A stretch of DNA of 63,829 bases, the filler included, from Platydemus manokwari (Eukaryota): NCBI GenBank assembly GCA_037951405.1. It is 6 parts of 6 records of this genome, joined end to end, with 100 filler letters (N's around TTAATTAATTAA, not from the genome) between each part and the next. Parts side by side here need not be neighbours in the genome. Positions count along the whole stretch, not along the records: positions 11,133 to 20,549 come from JBBMOY011252207.1; positions 20,650 to 30,895 come from JBBMOY011154437.1; 4 more parts are not named here. One strand, written 5' to 3'. Positions 12,167 through 23,545 of the stretch are shown one piece after another. The position numbers were made by a program, and so were the translations under genes. Position 1 is the stretch's first letter; each line of letters opens with the position of its first letter. Under the pieces are notes generated by a model. The model was not told the DNA's origin. It was given only the letters and a program-made list of their open reading frames with translations, and did not search any database.

Positions 12167-13639
12167 AATTGCCAATTTTCTAACAAGGAAATTTTATATG
12201 TATTTTATTGTTTAGAAATCTATAGAAATTTTAGATATACATTTCCGTGCTATTTTTATTCTGTTCTGATGATTTTAAAATTTATATAGAAAATTTTGTA
12301 TCAATTCTTTTAGGATTTATGAGAATTTTTCCCAATTAATTCCACAACTTTTATTATTTAGTTTTATTGAATGTCTCAACGTTTTATAATCTCGTAGCCT
12401 AGATATATATATATTAATTTTATCGATTGGTTTATTATTTAACACCTCAATCATCATATATAAATGTGGTTTTTATGACCAATAAATTAAATTAATATTA
12501 TTTATTTATTTCCTGCATCAGTAATTGATTAGATAATTTACTTTGGCGAAAAAAACTTAAATAATGAGACAATAGAATAATTAATGGTGCTGGTTGTTTA
12601 TGGACATAAATGGAATAATTTCTTTGAGAAATGAAAATCAACTAAATGTATGCAGATAATGTTAAATATGATTACTGGTTTTTGACCTAGATATAACTCA
12701 TCTTAATCTCAATTTGTCTGACTTCTATTCTGAATTTAAATGGTTCTCAATGAGCCTGATTAATATTTATTTATTTCAAATACACAGGTAAAATAATGAT
12801 TTGGGGTCAATTTAAAATAGAATAGCAATTGTCGTTGATATAGTCCCTCTTAAATGCCTATGACCAATCACGAACAATAAATATGACACATGCCGTTAGC
12901 TACTGGTAACTTCCTTACAGAGTACTTATGAAGCATCAGACAGTCATGCCTTTGATATACTAGAAATCACAACATCATTGGCTGCGCTCAATATAAACAT
13001 TAAGAAACAAAAACATTTTGTTTTTTATTCTTTTGTCTTGAACCAGCAAATTATGCTTACATCAATTCTTTAACACAATCATACGGTGTGTGTCTCTTTA
13101 TTAACTGTCATTGGCAATTAAGAACTTTACCAATTATAATCCCTTGTTAGCACTTTTAATTACAGGCTTCTATTTTGAATAAATAGTAAAAATAATTAGT
13201 AATAATTAAATTATATTTATTTTTGTTTTATTATTTTTATGGTTTTGCATATATGGTGTTTATAATTGAAATATTGTTTTTGACTTTCTTGCATATTAAT
13301 TAATATTTCAATATTGTTTTTAACCGAATTTCTTTAACATTTGTCACAAGATTTATTAAAATACAAGTTTGGTTCATTTTTCTAGGATAGATTTTGATCT
13401 ACTTGGGTCTAAAAGCATTTGATCCGTGATGTCATCGGCTCAGTAACTACTTTTTTAATTGCATTTTTCTTCAATTTCTATTTAACAACTTTATTATAAT
13501 TTTACAAGCTTATAGATTACCATTTCTAGTCTGAGATCAAAGTGTGTGAAGATTGAAATTTAATTCACTTGCAATAATATTCTAAATGGTTGTTGAATTA
13601 CATAAATGTCTCAAACACAAAAGTATAATTTGATAATAT

Positions 13640-14480
13640 TTTATGCGTTTCGGGCTTGTTAATTTTGAAATTTATATTTATCAGTCTCAAAATGTATTTA
13701 TGATTTTGCTCAAGGATCACTGTTGTCTTGATCAGTCTTGCTGAGTTCTAATCAAACCCAAGGTACAAACAATTAAAACCTTTTATGTTTTCCATTTTCA
13801 CCTCGCGCAACACTATTATGTGTTGATAATGTATGCGGCAACAATGATCTTTTTTATCCACTAATCCTATCAGTCTCAGTTAATATTGTTCTTATTTATT
13901 TCGATCAGTGAACAATAAATTTCGGTACACAAATGTTTATTAATTTGACAACTACTACAATGACAACTGAAATATAAAAATAACAAATTGATTTTGTCAA
14001 TACAATATACACTTAGCATCTTAAAGAATTTATAATAATACGAATTTCTGGACAAATAATACTGTTCATATGCTCCTTCTCTTGGAGCAAAACCAATTAC
14101 TTTTCAAGATGGTTAACCGAAAACTCGATAATAAAATATAAACGATACAATGTATAATAAAAATTAGCATTTTATACGAATGGATCTTACTGAGAGTCTT
14201 CCAGTAAAATACTGGGGATACTGTTCTTCTGCATTGTCTGATCTTCTATTGTGCTTTGGTTGAATGTAAAATAATATCTTCTCCGGTATATAACAATTGA
14301 TATGGCGTGTATTGGTGACTTGGCAGTGTTAATTAAGACTGCTGCCTTATTTAGATAGTGCTAAATCACTCGTAGATATTCTTTGAGATTAAATTTAATC
14401 GAGTGAATATTTTATTTTGTCTCAGAATTTATGTGGTAATAGATGGCAATTTATTTGACGATGTTATTGCGCGATAATAC
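13640..14480 (-). mobile_element. Decayed LTR-retrotransposon 3' end (integrase tail, PPT, LTR portion)
   Basis: The minus strand gives integrase-like LINTAKS/HQYTPYQLLY (~14280-14340) and a purine tract aagagaaggag (~14073-14083). 13640-13885 is the reverse complement of a block at ~32225-32470. Confidence 0.55.
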
Positions 14481-14774
14481 ATTGCATATTTTTATTTTAT
14501 AAATTAAAATATTATTTAGGGAATTTCATTGTATTTGGTCTTGGTGGGTTTCGCTAATATTATTTCACATATTTATAAACAATAACTATTATGAATAATA
14601 ATATATTATACTAATTTCGCTGGCATGTTTTAATAGATGTTAAAATATAAAAAATATACGCTGATTAAATGAAAATCAATACAAAACAAATTAATGCATA
14701 TTTGATACGTAGTGTCATGCATTGTTACAAAAATTTGTACAATGTTGCGCATAGTTTTTTCAATGTGAATTAAT

Positions 14775-15413
14775 TGTTGGGTGAATTAATTGAGAGAGAG
14801 AGGGAGAGAGAGTTCGATACTACCGGTTGAAGAGCAAAGTCAGTCCGGTAGGTGCGTGCTCTTATAATTATAATTAATTAATACAAAAACGAACACAACG
14901 ATTGTAACAATAAGATTTATTTTTGTTGTTTTTACAAATTTACAAATATATCAATTTTTTGTACACTTACAAATATTATGAATCCTTTTTAGTTTGGATT
15001 TTTCACGCAAAATTATCTACGCAATCAAACAGTATATCAAATTTACACAAATGCGCAGTTTAATAAAAGTGCTCAACAAGGAAAGGCTCAGATACCGGAC
15101 GTCCGTTGCTCTGATTTAAGATTTTCGATATGGATATAGTTTATGATATGGGCTGACCCTTTAAATATTTCTTTTAAAAATTCGCATCTTTGCTTTAATT
15201 AGTTTCGTTTGTCAATAGAAATATATTATTGTCTAATTATTTTTCTTGCTTCCAAGCTAAAGTCGCTGTTAGCTATCTGTTGGTGTTAGCGAAATATGTG
15301 ATTTTGCCATTCCTCATATAATATTTTCTAGGACGGATTGTGAATAATCGTTTTTGTTTATTATTTTCTTTCTTCCTATTGGATTTTAAAATTATTTTAC
15401 AAATCCACCTACA
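14775..15413. mobile_element. Solo LTR with 5-bp TSD (TTAAT)
   Basis: Starts TGTTGGGTGAATT and ends AAATCCACCTACA (imperfect terminal inverted repeat). Flanked by ttaat on both sides. Confidence 0.75.
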
Positions 15414-16747
15414 TTAATAATTTTAATTTATTTTTCACCCATATTATTCATAACCTTTAATTTTTCTCCTATATTTAAAATTCCCATTTTCTTCCACAAA
15501 TACGCCCACATTTTAATTAATTTTCCCCACCTTAATAAATTATATTATTATTATTTATGAAGGTTATTTTGATATTTATTATCTCGCCTAATTATGATTA
15601 TTTCTTATGGAATTTATTATTAATAAATTATTTTCCTTTTATTTATTTAATCAATTTTTTATGATTTTATTATTATTATTATTATTATTTTTCATAATTT
15701 TTTCTAAAAATATAATTTTTTACATATGATTCCAAAAATATAATTTATTTGAGCTTTGATAATTCTTTATAAATGGAATTTTCAAAATTTTACAAATAAA
15801 TCATGCAAGAATCAATCACAATAGAGTCAGTTTAGAATTAAATCACTAAAGAGTCAGATGTTCTTTACTCGTCCATATCGACTTTCCACTTGGATTGTAG
15901 CCTTTGATAAGAGGCTGATCGGGATGATGGGAGTTTGGGGTTGATCTTCTGTTATGCTGAAGATAAGGATCCTTCTGTGGACATTGATGCTGATATTGAT
16001 GACATTGATCCTAGGCTTATTGAACCTGCCTTATAACATATATATGTCTGATTAAGATTAGCAATTAATAAACTCTATGAACATTTGTTTAAAAATGTTT
16101 GATTTGTTTGTATTATTAAATAAGTTACAAAAATCGTATAAATGAATTATTTGATTGAATCTTCAATTTTAAGAGAAGTATCGACACTGACAATCAATAC
16201 AGTATATATCAACAAAAGTATCACGAATTATTATTGATTTGTTTTGGGACATTATTGTTAATAATATTTGGTTTGGTTTGGGTTAAAAATACACCAAGTA
16301 CTAAATGGCCGGTTGATCATAGCATGGATCGATGCCTCAGTCTAGTACGACTCAGTCTATCCATGAAAATCGGAAGTAGCTCAGCTGCCACTCAGTTGTA
16401 ATTTAAAACCCTAATATTTTTCTTTAAAAATGGTTTGTATGAAAATATAAATGTTTAAGAAGATCTTGTTATATATTAGATTTTTATTTAAATTATATAT
16501 ATGTTTTCATTTCAGTGAAAATGAGTCAATAACATTACTAACATTAATATTTCTAAATGATGCAATTTTTATTGGGTTCATGCATCAAATATTGTACATA
16601 TTGAGTAATAATTCTTACAAGGAAAATATAAAAATATCATTTTAATTAATTTTTGTTTGTTTCAGTTAAATTTTAATAATTGATGAGATTAACATTTAAA
16701 TTTATTGTTTCCTGTATTAACAATTTATATTAATTCACATTTGATTT

Positions 16748-17954
16748 ATGGCATTAAAGTTATTTTTATTTATAAGTTTTTGTATTGTATACGTAAAATG
16801 TCAAAGTATTCTTGATTTAATGAAAACAGACCCTAAAATAAGAACAGTTAATTGATTTTATTGTTAAATTATTATGGATATTATTTTTTTCTTAAGTTTT
16901 ACAGTTTTGTTTCGACTAATGATGAGGTTAAAAAATATTTAAGTAATGTGAACCAATATTTAACAGTACTTGTTCCATCTGATGCGGCGATGAACAACTC
17001 TAATTTAGCTAACGTTGACAAGGTTAAATTATACAAGAGCCATATGTTCCGATGTAATATTTATCTATTTATCACTTTAATGTTGAGAAATTGTTTTCCT
17101 TTAGCACAGACTAAACAAGGTTCATTTCCGGGATTAACGACTAATTGGGGCAAATATGAACTGATAAGTGCCAGAAGTTCAAAGTTCTATGCAATGCTAT
17201 CAATAGACGATCTCACTCGATTGTTTATGTATGGAACATCGGTAAAATACCTGATTTTTTTCTTGTTGTTATTGACAAATTTAGCCATATTATTGCAATG
17301 AAGCGATGGTAGAAGAAGCCAATAAAGTTAATGGAACACAGGTTTATCACATCATTGACCGAGTGTTGATAAATTATCAGAACTTGCCCTTTATAAGATA
17401 TATGGAATCAAATAGGCTTCTATCGTAATAATAATGCTATCTTTACATCAAGCGCTAATTCTGTTATAATAGGACATCGTTGGAATTGTGGAACACTCTG
17501 ATACGGATGTCCGACACTGGGTTGCCTCCTGGTTCTAATTTTAACAAGGATTATATGGCATTCAAATCGATATTTCCCGCTACGGTTCTCATTCCGTCCA
17601 ATGACGCATGGACCAAACTAACTTCTGCAGAAATGGTTCTATTGAGGTCAAATATGACATTGTTGGAATCAGTAAGATGTTTTGAATGGCTTCATGATGG
17701 CAATGGTGATCGTGATGCCAATGACTCCAATGTGCGTCCGTTGTTACGCAATCACCGGGATGTCATTGCATAACCACAGTGTCAATATTGAATGCATTGT
17801 TATTGATTCATTTCAGGTATTGAGTCGACATTTTATTCCCTTCAATATCTACTTCCTTCGCGGAGCTGAGGTCAGATTTAAGGTTGGATTCAATAAGCAG
17901 CTGCTCGAAAATGAGGTTGGATTGATGGATGGCAAGATAACATCGGATTTGCAA
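16748..17954 (+). CDS. Secreted fasciclin-1 (FAS1) domain protein, periostin/TGFBI-like; 3' end uncertain
   Basis: GT-AG exons: 16748-16846, 16897-17053, 17105-17241, 17285-17424, 17473-17671, 17817-~17954. Signal peptide MALKLFLFISFCIVYVKC, then SILDLMKTDPKIRTFYSFV…YLTVLVPSDAAM (H1), VYHIIDRVL (H2), and a second domain ATVLIPSNDAW…LLESVLSRHFIP. Confidence 0.85.
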
Positions 17955-18883
17955 GGTTTGGCTTCTGTTTTGATTGATTAATGAAGTGATTGATTGATGA
18001 AATATCATTGGTTGACACAATTATTCTATAAGCTGTCATTTTCGTGTGTCTCTCCATCAAGATTGGAATTTCTAATCTCAATTTTATCAACGAATGAGCT
18101 TCTTTCATCCAGATTTCTTCACAATTTTTTCTCCTTGCACAACCTGATATCCAATATAATACCCGATGATTTGATAAAAGCTCTTTTCCTCAAATCCATA
18201 CTTAATTTGACTATTTTGTTAAATATAATAAAATTCAAATGACGTCGGCATAAACCGAAATTGTATTGATTTTATGCAACAAGAGCAGATCAAAACCTCA
18301 CAAATAAATTATTATCTGTGATCCGTTAAAGTCAACATCTGTTCTCAATATTTGTTACAAAATAAAACCACAGAATTATCTCGTGACCGTCACTATGGTA
18401 ATTCAGCATATAGCGCATCACTTCACTACAATACTAGCTGTATTTGAAAACTGGCGCTTCAAGTATCACATAACAGAAATATTAAATATTGAATATTTTG
18501 TAGCTGTCAGGTGATGAAAATTTGCTCTAATGTTCCTTGTTCGATACAAATCACTGGCACTGTGTTCGTAATTTGTCTGTCAGTTATTTGTTTTGATTGT
18601 TACCGATACGCATTGCTTCACACATTCGTTTTATCCGTATTATTGACCATTTTTGTTTATTTATGCACATTTTACGCTTATTTTTAATAAATTTGCTTTT
18701 TATTATTCTGTTTTAATGATAAAATCGATTATTTATGTGTGTGTGTATCATTTTTATTTGTGTACAGTGAGAAATAATCAATAATAATTGGTTTGAATAT
18801 ATTTTGTATCATAAATTGATAAACTTGTATTGATTACTCCAAAATAATTCCATAGGTCATTTCGATCAATGTTATTCGATATT

Positions 18884-19385
18884 TGTAAGCCGCAAATATT
18901 TTATAGAGCACTCATGAAATCGCGAAACCAAATTATATTTTAATTATAGTTATTCAAACAAATTAAAGTTTTATAAAGATCTGATTTTAAAACATCAGTT
19001 CATTATAAATCTTCACATTTATCTTTCTTTAAAATCTTTGATTTTCTCTTAATTCCTAATTAACTCTCTATCAAATTCTTTAGATATTTATCTATATAAA
19101 AATTTATATTTTTCCTATACTTCAGATTTCCCTATATCTTTATATTTCCACTTTTTCTTCTAAATCTTCTGTGCAACTTTTCTATATCCTATTTACATAT
19201 TTTCTATATCTCTGTCCTTCTTTTTCATATATATATTCTCATAATCGAATCCAAATGTGGCTACTACTTTATAAAGCACGCACTTAAAACGAACTGAAAA
19301 GTCACAACATCAAAATATAATTTCATTATAGTTATCCGAGCAAAATAATATTTTATAAAGATCTGAATTCATATCTGTGAATTAA
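18884..19385 (-). mobile_element. Putative TRIM-like miniature LTR element
   Basis: Degenerate direct repeats at 18884-19017 and 19256-~19370. On the minus strand, CA-tt-TGG (PBS-like) follows one repeat at 19255 and a purine tract (19018-19030) precedes the other. Confidence 0.45.
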
Positions 19386-20549
19386 AGGGAAAATTGAAAA
19401 CTAAAAATTTTAAAAAGTTATTGAGAAAATTAAAATTAAAATAATTTTAAAAAGTTCTAATTTTAAATGTTTGAAAATTCTTTAAAGTTTAACATGACAT
19501 GATTTTTGAATAATTTTCATATATGTATATGTTTGTTGTACTGTTTGTATCCCTGGAACTCTTAAAAGTATTTTAATTGGTTTTAAAATGTTTAATTTGT
19601 TTTAAATAATTTCGAAATATTTCGTAAAACTTCTCAATGACTAATTCTAGCGAATTTCCAAATTGCAACAAGGCAGTTACTACTAGCAATATTAATATTG
19701 AATATTTGAACATATTATTCCGAATCAATATTTTTTACAATTGATATCATTGATTTATTTTCTGTTTTATATTATTTTTGATCACTTTAATTTAAAAACA
19801 TTATTTATTGATCCAATCAATAATTTATCGAACTGATAATTTATTCTTTATTTGTTCAGCTATTATTATATCAAATAATCAACAATTTATTAAATATCAC
19901 TGATAAAATATACGAACTGTAAACATATCGATTAAAAATGAATGAATATTGAAATAATCTATTAATCGATATTGGTGAACAATTAATGTATCATCAAAAT
20001 ATGATCAAATATTATTTATTGTTTGATAAAATCGAATTGGTTTCATATCAGATTAGAAATATTTGATTCAATTTCATACAATCGGTGATGTATTTTTTAT
20101 GTTGGATTCGACTTGTCGTTGAATTGATGTTTATTGAGTTGTCGTTATTTTATACGAACGTGTTGAAATTAAAAATTATTATTTTCAGTATTCAATAAAT
20201 GTTGCGCGATCATCGATGAGCTAGAATATATTTAAATAACATTTAAATAATATTTTTACTCGAGCTAGTTATTCAGCCAAAATCTCAACAAAATAATAAA
20301 TAATATCACATCAGATATTCGAACATTTATACTATTGATTATATTGTTATCGATTGATTATGGTTGTTAGTGGCTAACACTTCATCGCTTTTTAAATTAT
20401 ATTCACAACTCATAATTAAGTATAAAAAAATATATTTCCATATTAAATATTATTTAAACAAGTATTCCTTCTTTTTTTTTTAAATTTCACTCAATAAAAA
20501 AATATTCTTTTATACCCGTTTTTTAAAATTTATAAATGATTTTTGAAAA

Positions 20550-20649
20550 NNNNNNNNNNNNNNNNNNNNNNNNNNNNNNNNNNNNNNNNNNNNTTAATTA
20601 ATTAANNNNNNNNNNNNNNNNNNNNNNNNNNNNNNNNNNNNNNNNNNNN
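20550..20649. other. Artificial contig linker
   Basis: N44-TTAATTAATTAA-N44. Confidence 0.98.
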
Positions 20650-21572
20650 TTATATTTTCTAGAGAAATAACATACATGAAAATAAATTTTAAAATGTTTT
20701 TGACCAAACCTACTCGGGAAATATTATTCATTTCAATAATTAATTTTGTAACTATAATTTCAACTAAATCAAGGACACATAGCCATTGAATAATTGATAA
20801 CAAATTTGAAACGATTTAATCTATGATAGATACTCTTCATCGGTTCTTGTCATTATACCTATCATGTATTGACAGTGTTAAAGATAATTTTATGAACGAT
20901 GTAATATAAAATTGCTAAAGGAAAATATCGAATACTAATATATTGATGAATTACTTTCAATATTAAATTTAAAAAAATTTAAATATATACTTGATAAATA
21001 GTAAATATTTTAATGAAAAGCCAGGGGATGATTTTATAAAGATGCGTGACTCTTTAGGAATATTTTCTCATCTGATTAACTAGAAACAATAAATACTGTT
21101 GCCAATTTGGCTTTAATTGTTTATTGAATGACTATTGGGATTTGATTTTCATTCAAAACAATAAAGCACTAAATGAATTTAAATGAATTTCAAGTGGAAT
21201 GTTTCATCAATGGTTTTTTCAATTCATTGACACGGAATATGTTGTTTTAAATGAATAGTTTCAATATTCTGAACATATTTTATCATTGGCAATTAAACGC
21301 GTGTACATTAGATGCTTTATCGCTAATTTTACTAATTTTTATCATTACTAGATTCAGTTTCCAACTGCATTGAAACTATTTCTTTTTCCTTTTACTGAAT
21401 GAATGTTCGTCTAATGTTTAATCATATTCTTTTCTTTTTTAAAATTTATTTAAATATTATAATTAAATATTCATAACAACGACTAAATTGATATTTAAAT
21501 AATTTGGTGTCTATATAAAAATATTTATATTAATTTTTTTAATTTATAGATTTTGCAAAATTTTAACGGTAA

Positions 21573-22177
21573 TGTAGAATATATGGAAACCAGCATGAAA
21601 GAAACCTCTATAATATCTCTGAAATAACCTTGAAAATGCTAAACCCATGTCAGCGAGACACATCTTTACACTAGCCAATCAGAGATCTGATCATTATGGT
21701 TTCTGGTTTAATTTTCATTTATGATTAATCCACGCATTAAATAATTTAATATTTAAATGAAAATCACCGGGAATTAACCAATCAAAACCTTTGGGTTGAT
21801 GCACGTGTTAGAGACAGTTTAAATAACTACAATTCAAAGAATTTGTATAAGGATTTACAAAATTTTTAAAAAAATTATTTTCAAATAGATTTATCATAAA
21901 TACGTTCAAAAGGAACTTTATTTCACAAACGGCTACCAGTCTTTATTGGTCTGTATACATTGTCTATGTGACTTCTATGTAATTTTCTAGCAACTAGTCT
22001 TTACGGTTTATTCTCTCTGTTTAACTTTCGGTTGCTGATTATACATTGTGTTGGTTGTTGATTTGACTATTTAGAGTTTCATATTAGATCGTGATTGTTT
22101 GTCGATTTGGTTTTCTGTGAAATATTGTGATCGATAATTATAATTTTTGTATTAAGCATCAGTAAATATTCACAACA
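21573..22177 (+). mobile_element. Solo LTR-like element related to family A and the 41548 LTR
   Basis: TGTAGAATAT…ATATTCACA(ACA) termini. Shares tagccaatcaga, ccagtcttt and cagt.aata.ttc.aca with 41548-42057. No clear TSD. Confidence 0.5.
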
Positions 22178-23152
22178 AATATGAATTGATGTATCACACA
22201 AATGTTTCTGTTAGATTAATATTTGTATTAATTCACACTGTTTGAAATACAAAATGTAATTCATCGCAATAATACAAAATGAAATATAAAATCAGAATCC
22301 AGACGAAAGAATAAGTCTCAGCACAAAGTCAAATAATAAATCAGCTCAGCACCGACTACGAGAAGATGGCCCTTGTTGAATAGAATTGACTTTTAAGTAG
22401 TCATCATGCGTACATTGATTTATTTAAACAATACTCTCACGAACATTTCATCGAAATACAATTATAATGAATTATTCTGAAAATCTTCTAAAAATAAATG
22501 ACTTCTGCACAAGTTCTAATAAAATATTTCCACAAGTAGATAACCGTTATTTCTACAAAAGTTACTCTGTCTCAGAATCTTTCTTTAAATAAACTTAATC
22601 AAACTTTCGTTAATTTTTATTTGTCTATTGAGCAGCCTTTGAAAACATTATTTTGATACCAGGTTTGATTTAGTCGATTTTATTCGAATTTTTAAATTAC
22701 AACCATAAATAATTACAAAATTTTAGCAATTTTATAAAAATTTTAAGCTAAATAAAAGCCATCAAAAAGTATTTTAAAACAAAGATATATATTTAAACAT
22801 AAACATTGCTTATCCATGTAAACAGCAAAATATTCACAAAAATATGAAACAATTGAATAAAGTCAAAATGCAATGATATGGATAAAGATCAATAAATCAA
22901 TAAAATAAATAGAATAAAATTTTAACAGAAACGAATCAGATGCTAATATCAAAAACGGTTTTAAAATCAAAATTTTAATAATATTACACACCAGATGGAT
23001 TTATATTGATTATTTACAATACAATGGTGATGAATAACATATAAGGTATTCATGTTTTTTTATTTATTTTTTAATTTTTTAATTTATTAACTATTTTTTT
23101 TAATTATAATATTTAAAATATTATTTTTTATGTAAATAGTTAATACAAAAAT

Positions 23153-23545
23153 CTAAAACAAACTTGTTTCTGGAGTGAATAAGTTTCCATTGCTAAAATC
23201 AATTTTGCAACAATCTATCAAAAAATTTTCGGAACCCAATACTGGACATTCAGCTGTACATTTCTTCGTGATAAATATTTTGGGTATATTATCCATAATT
23301 TTTTCAGGCTCATTAATTCTATTATCAACTGTTGGTTGGATATTTGTAGTTATAGTCATACAATATTGGCAATTTGAAGATGTAGTCAGACTGATAGAGA
23401 GTTGTTCACAATTAACGCATTCTATGCATTTTATTGCTAAAATAAATGGATAACCTAAATCAAAGTTTATTATTTCATTAAGGCTTTGGTAAACTATGAA
23501 ATTACATAAACTTATTATCAACAGATAAATATATTTCGAAGCCAT
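23153..23545 (-). CDS. Ly6/uPAR (three-finger, CD59-like) secreted protein
   Basis: Exons 23545-23506 and 23454-23153 (51-nt GT-AG intron) give the signal peptide MASKYIYLLIISLCYPFILA, then IKCIECVNC…CQYC…KKCTAEC…CCKIDFSN. Confidence 0.75.
   Translation of the reverse strand: MASKYIYLLIISLCNFIVYQSLNEIINFDLGYPFILAIKCIECVNCEQLSISLTTSSNCQYCMTITTNIQPTVDNRINEPEKIMDNIPKIFITKKCTAECPVLGSENFLIDCCKIDFSNGNLFTPETSLF

Noticed and set aside
20594-20803. ORFs running into N-runs (also 30766-30951)
   Set aside because: Artefacts of the linker (X…LIN*).
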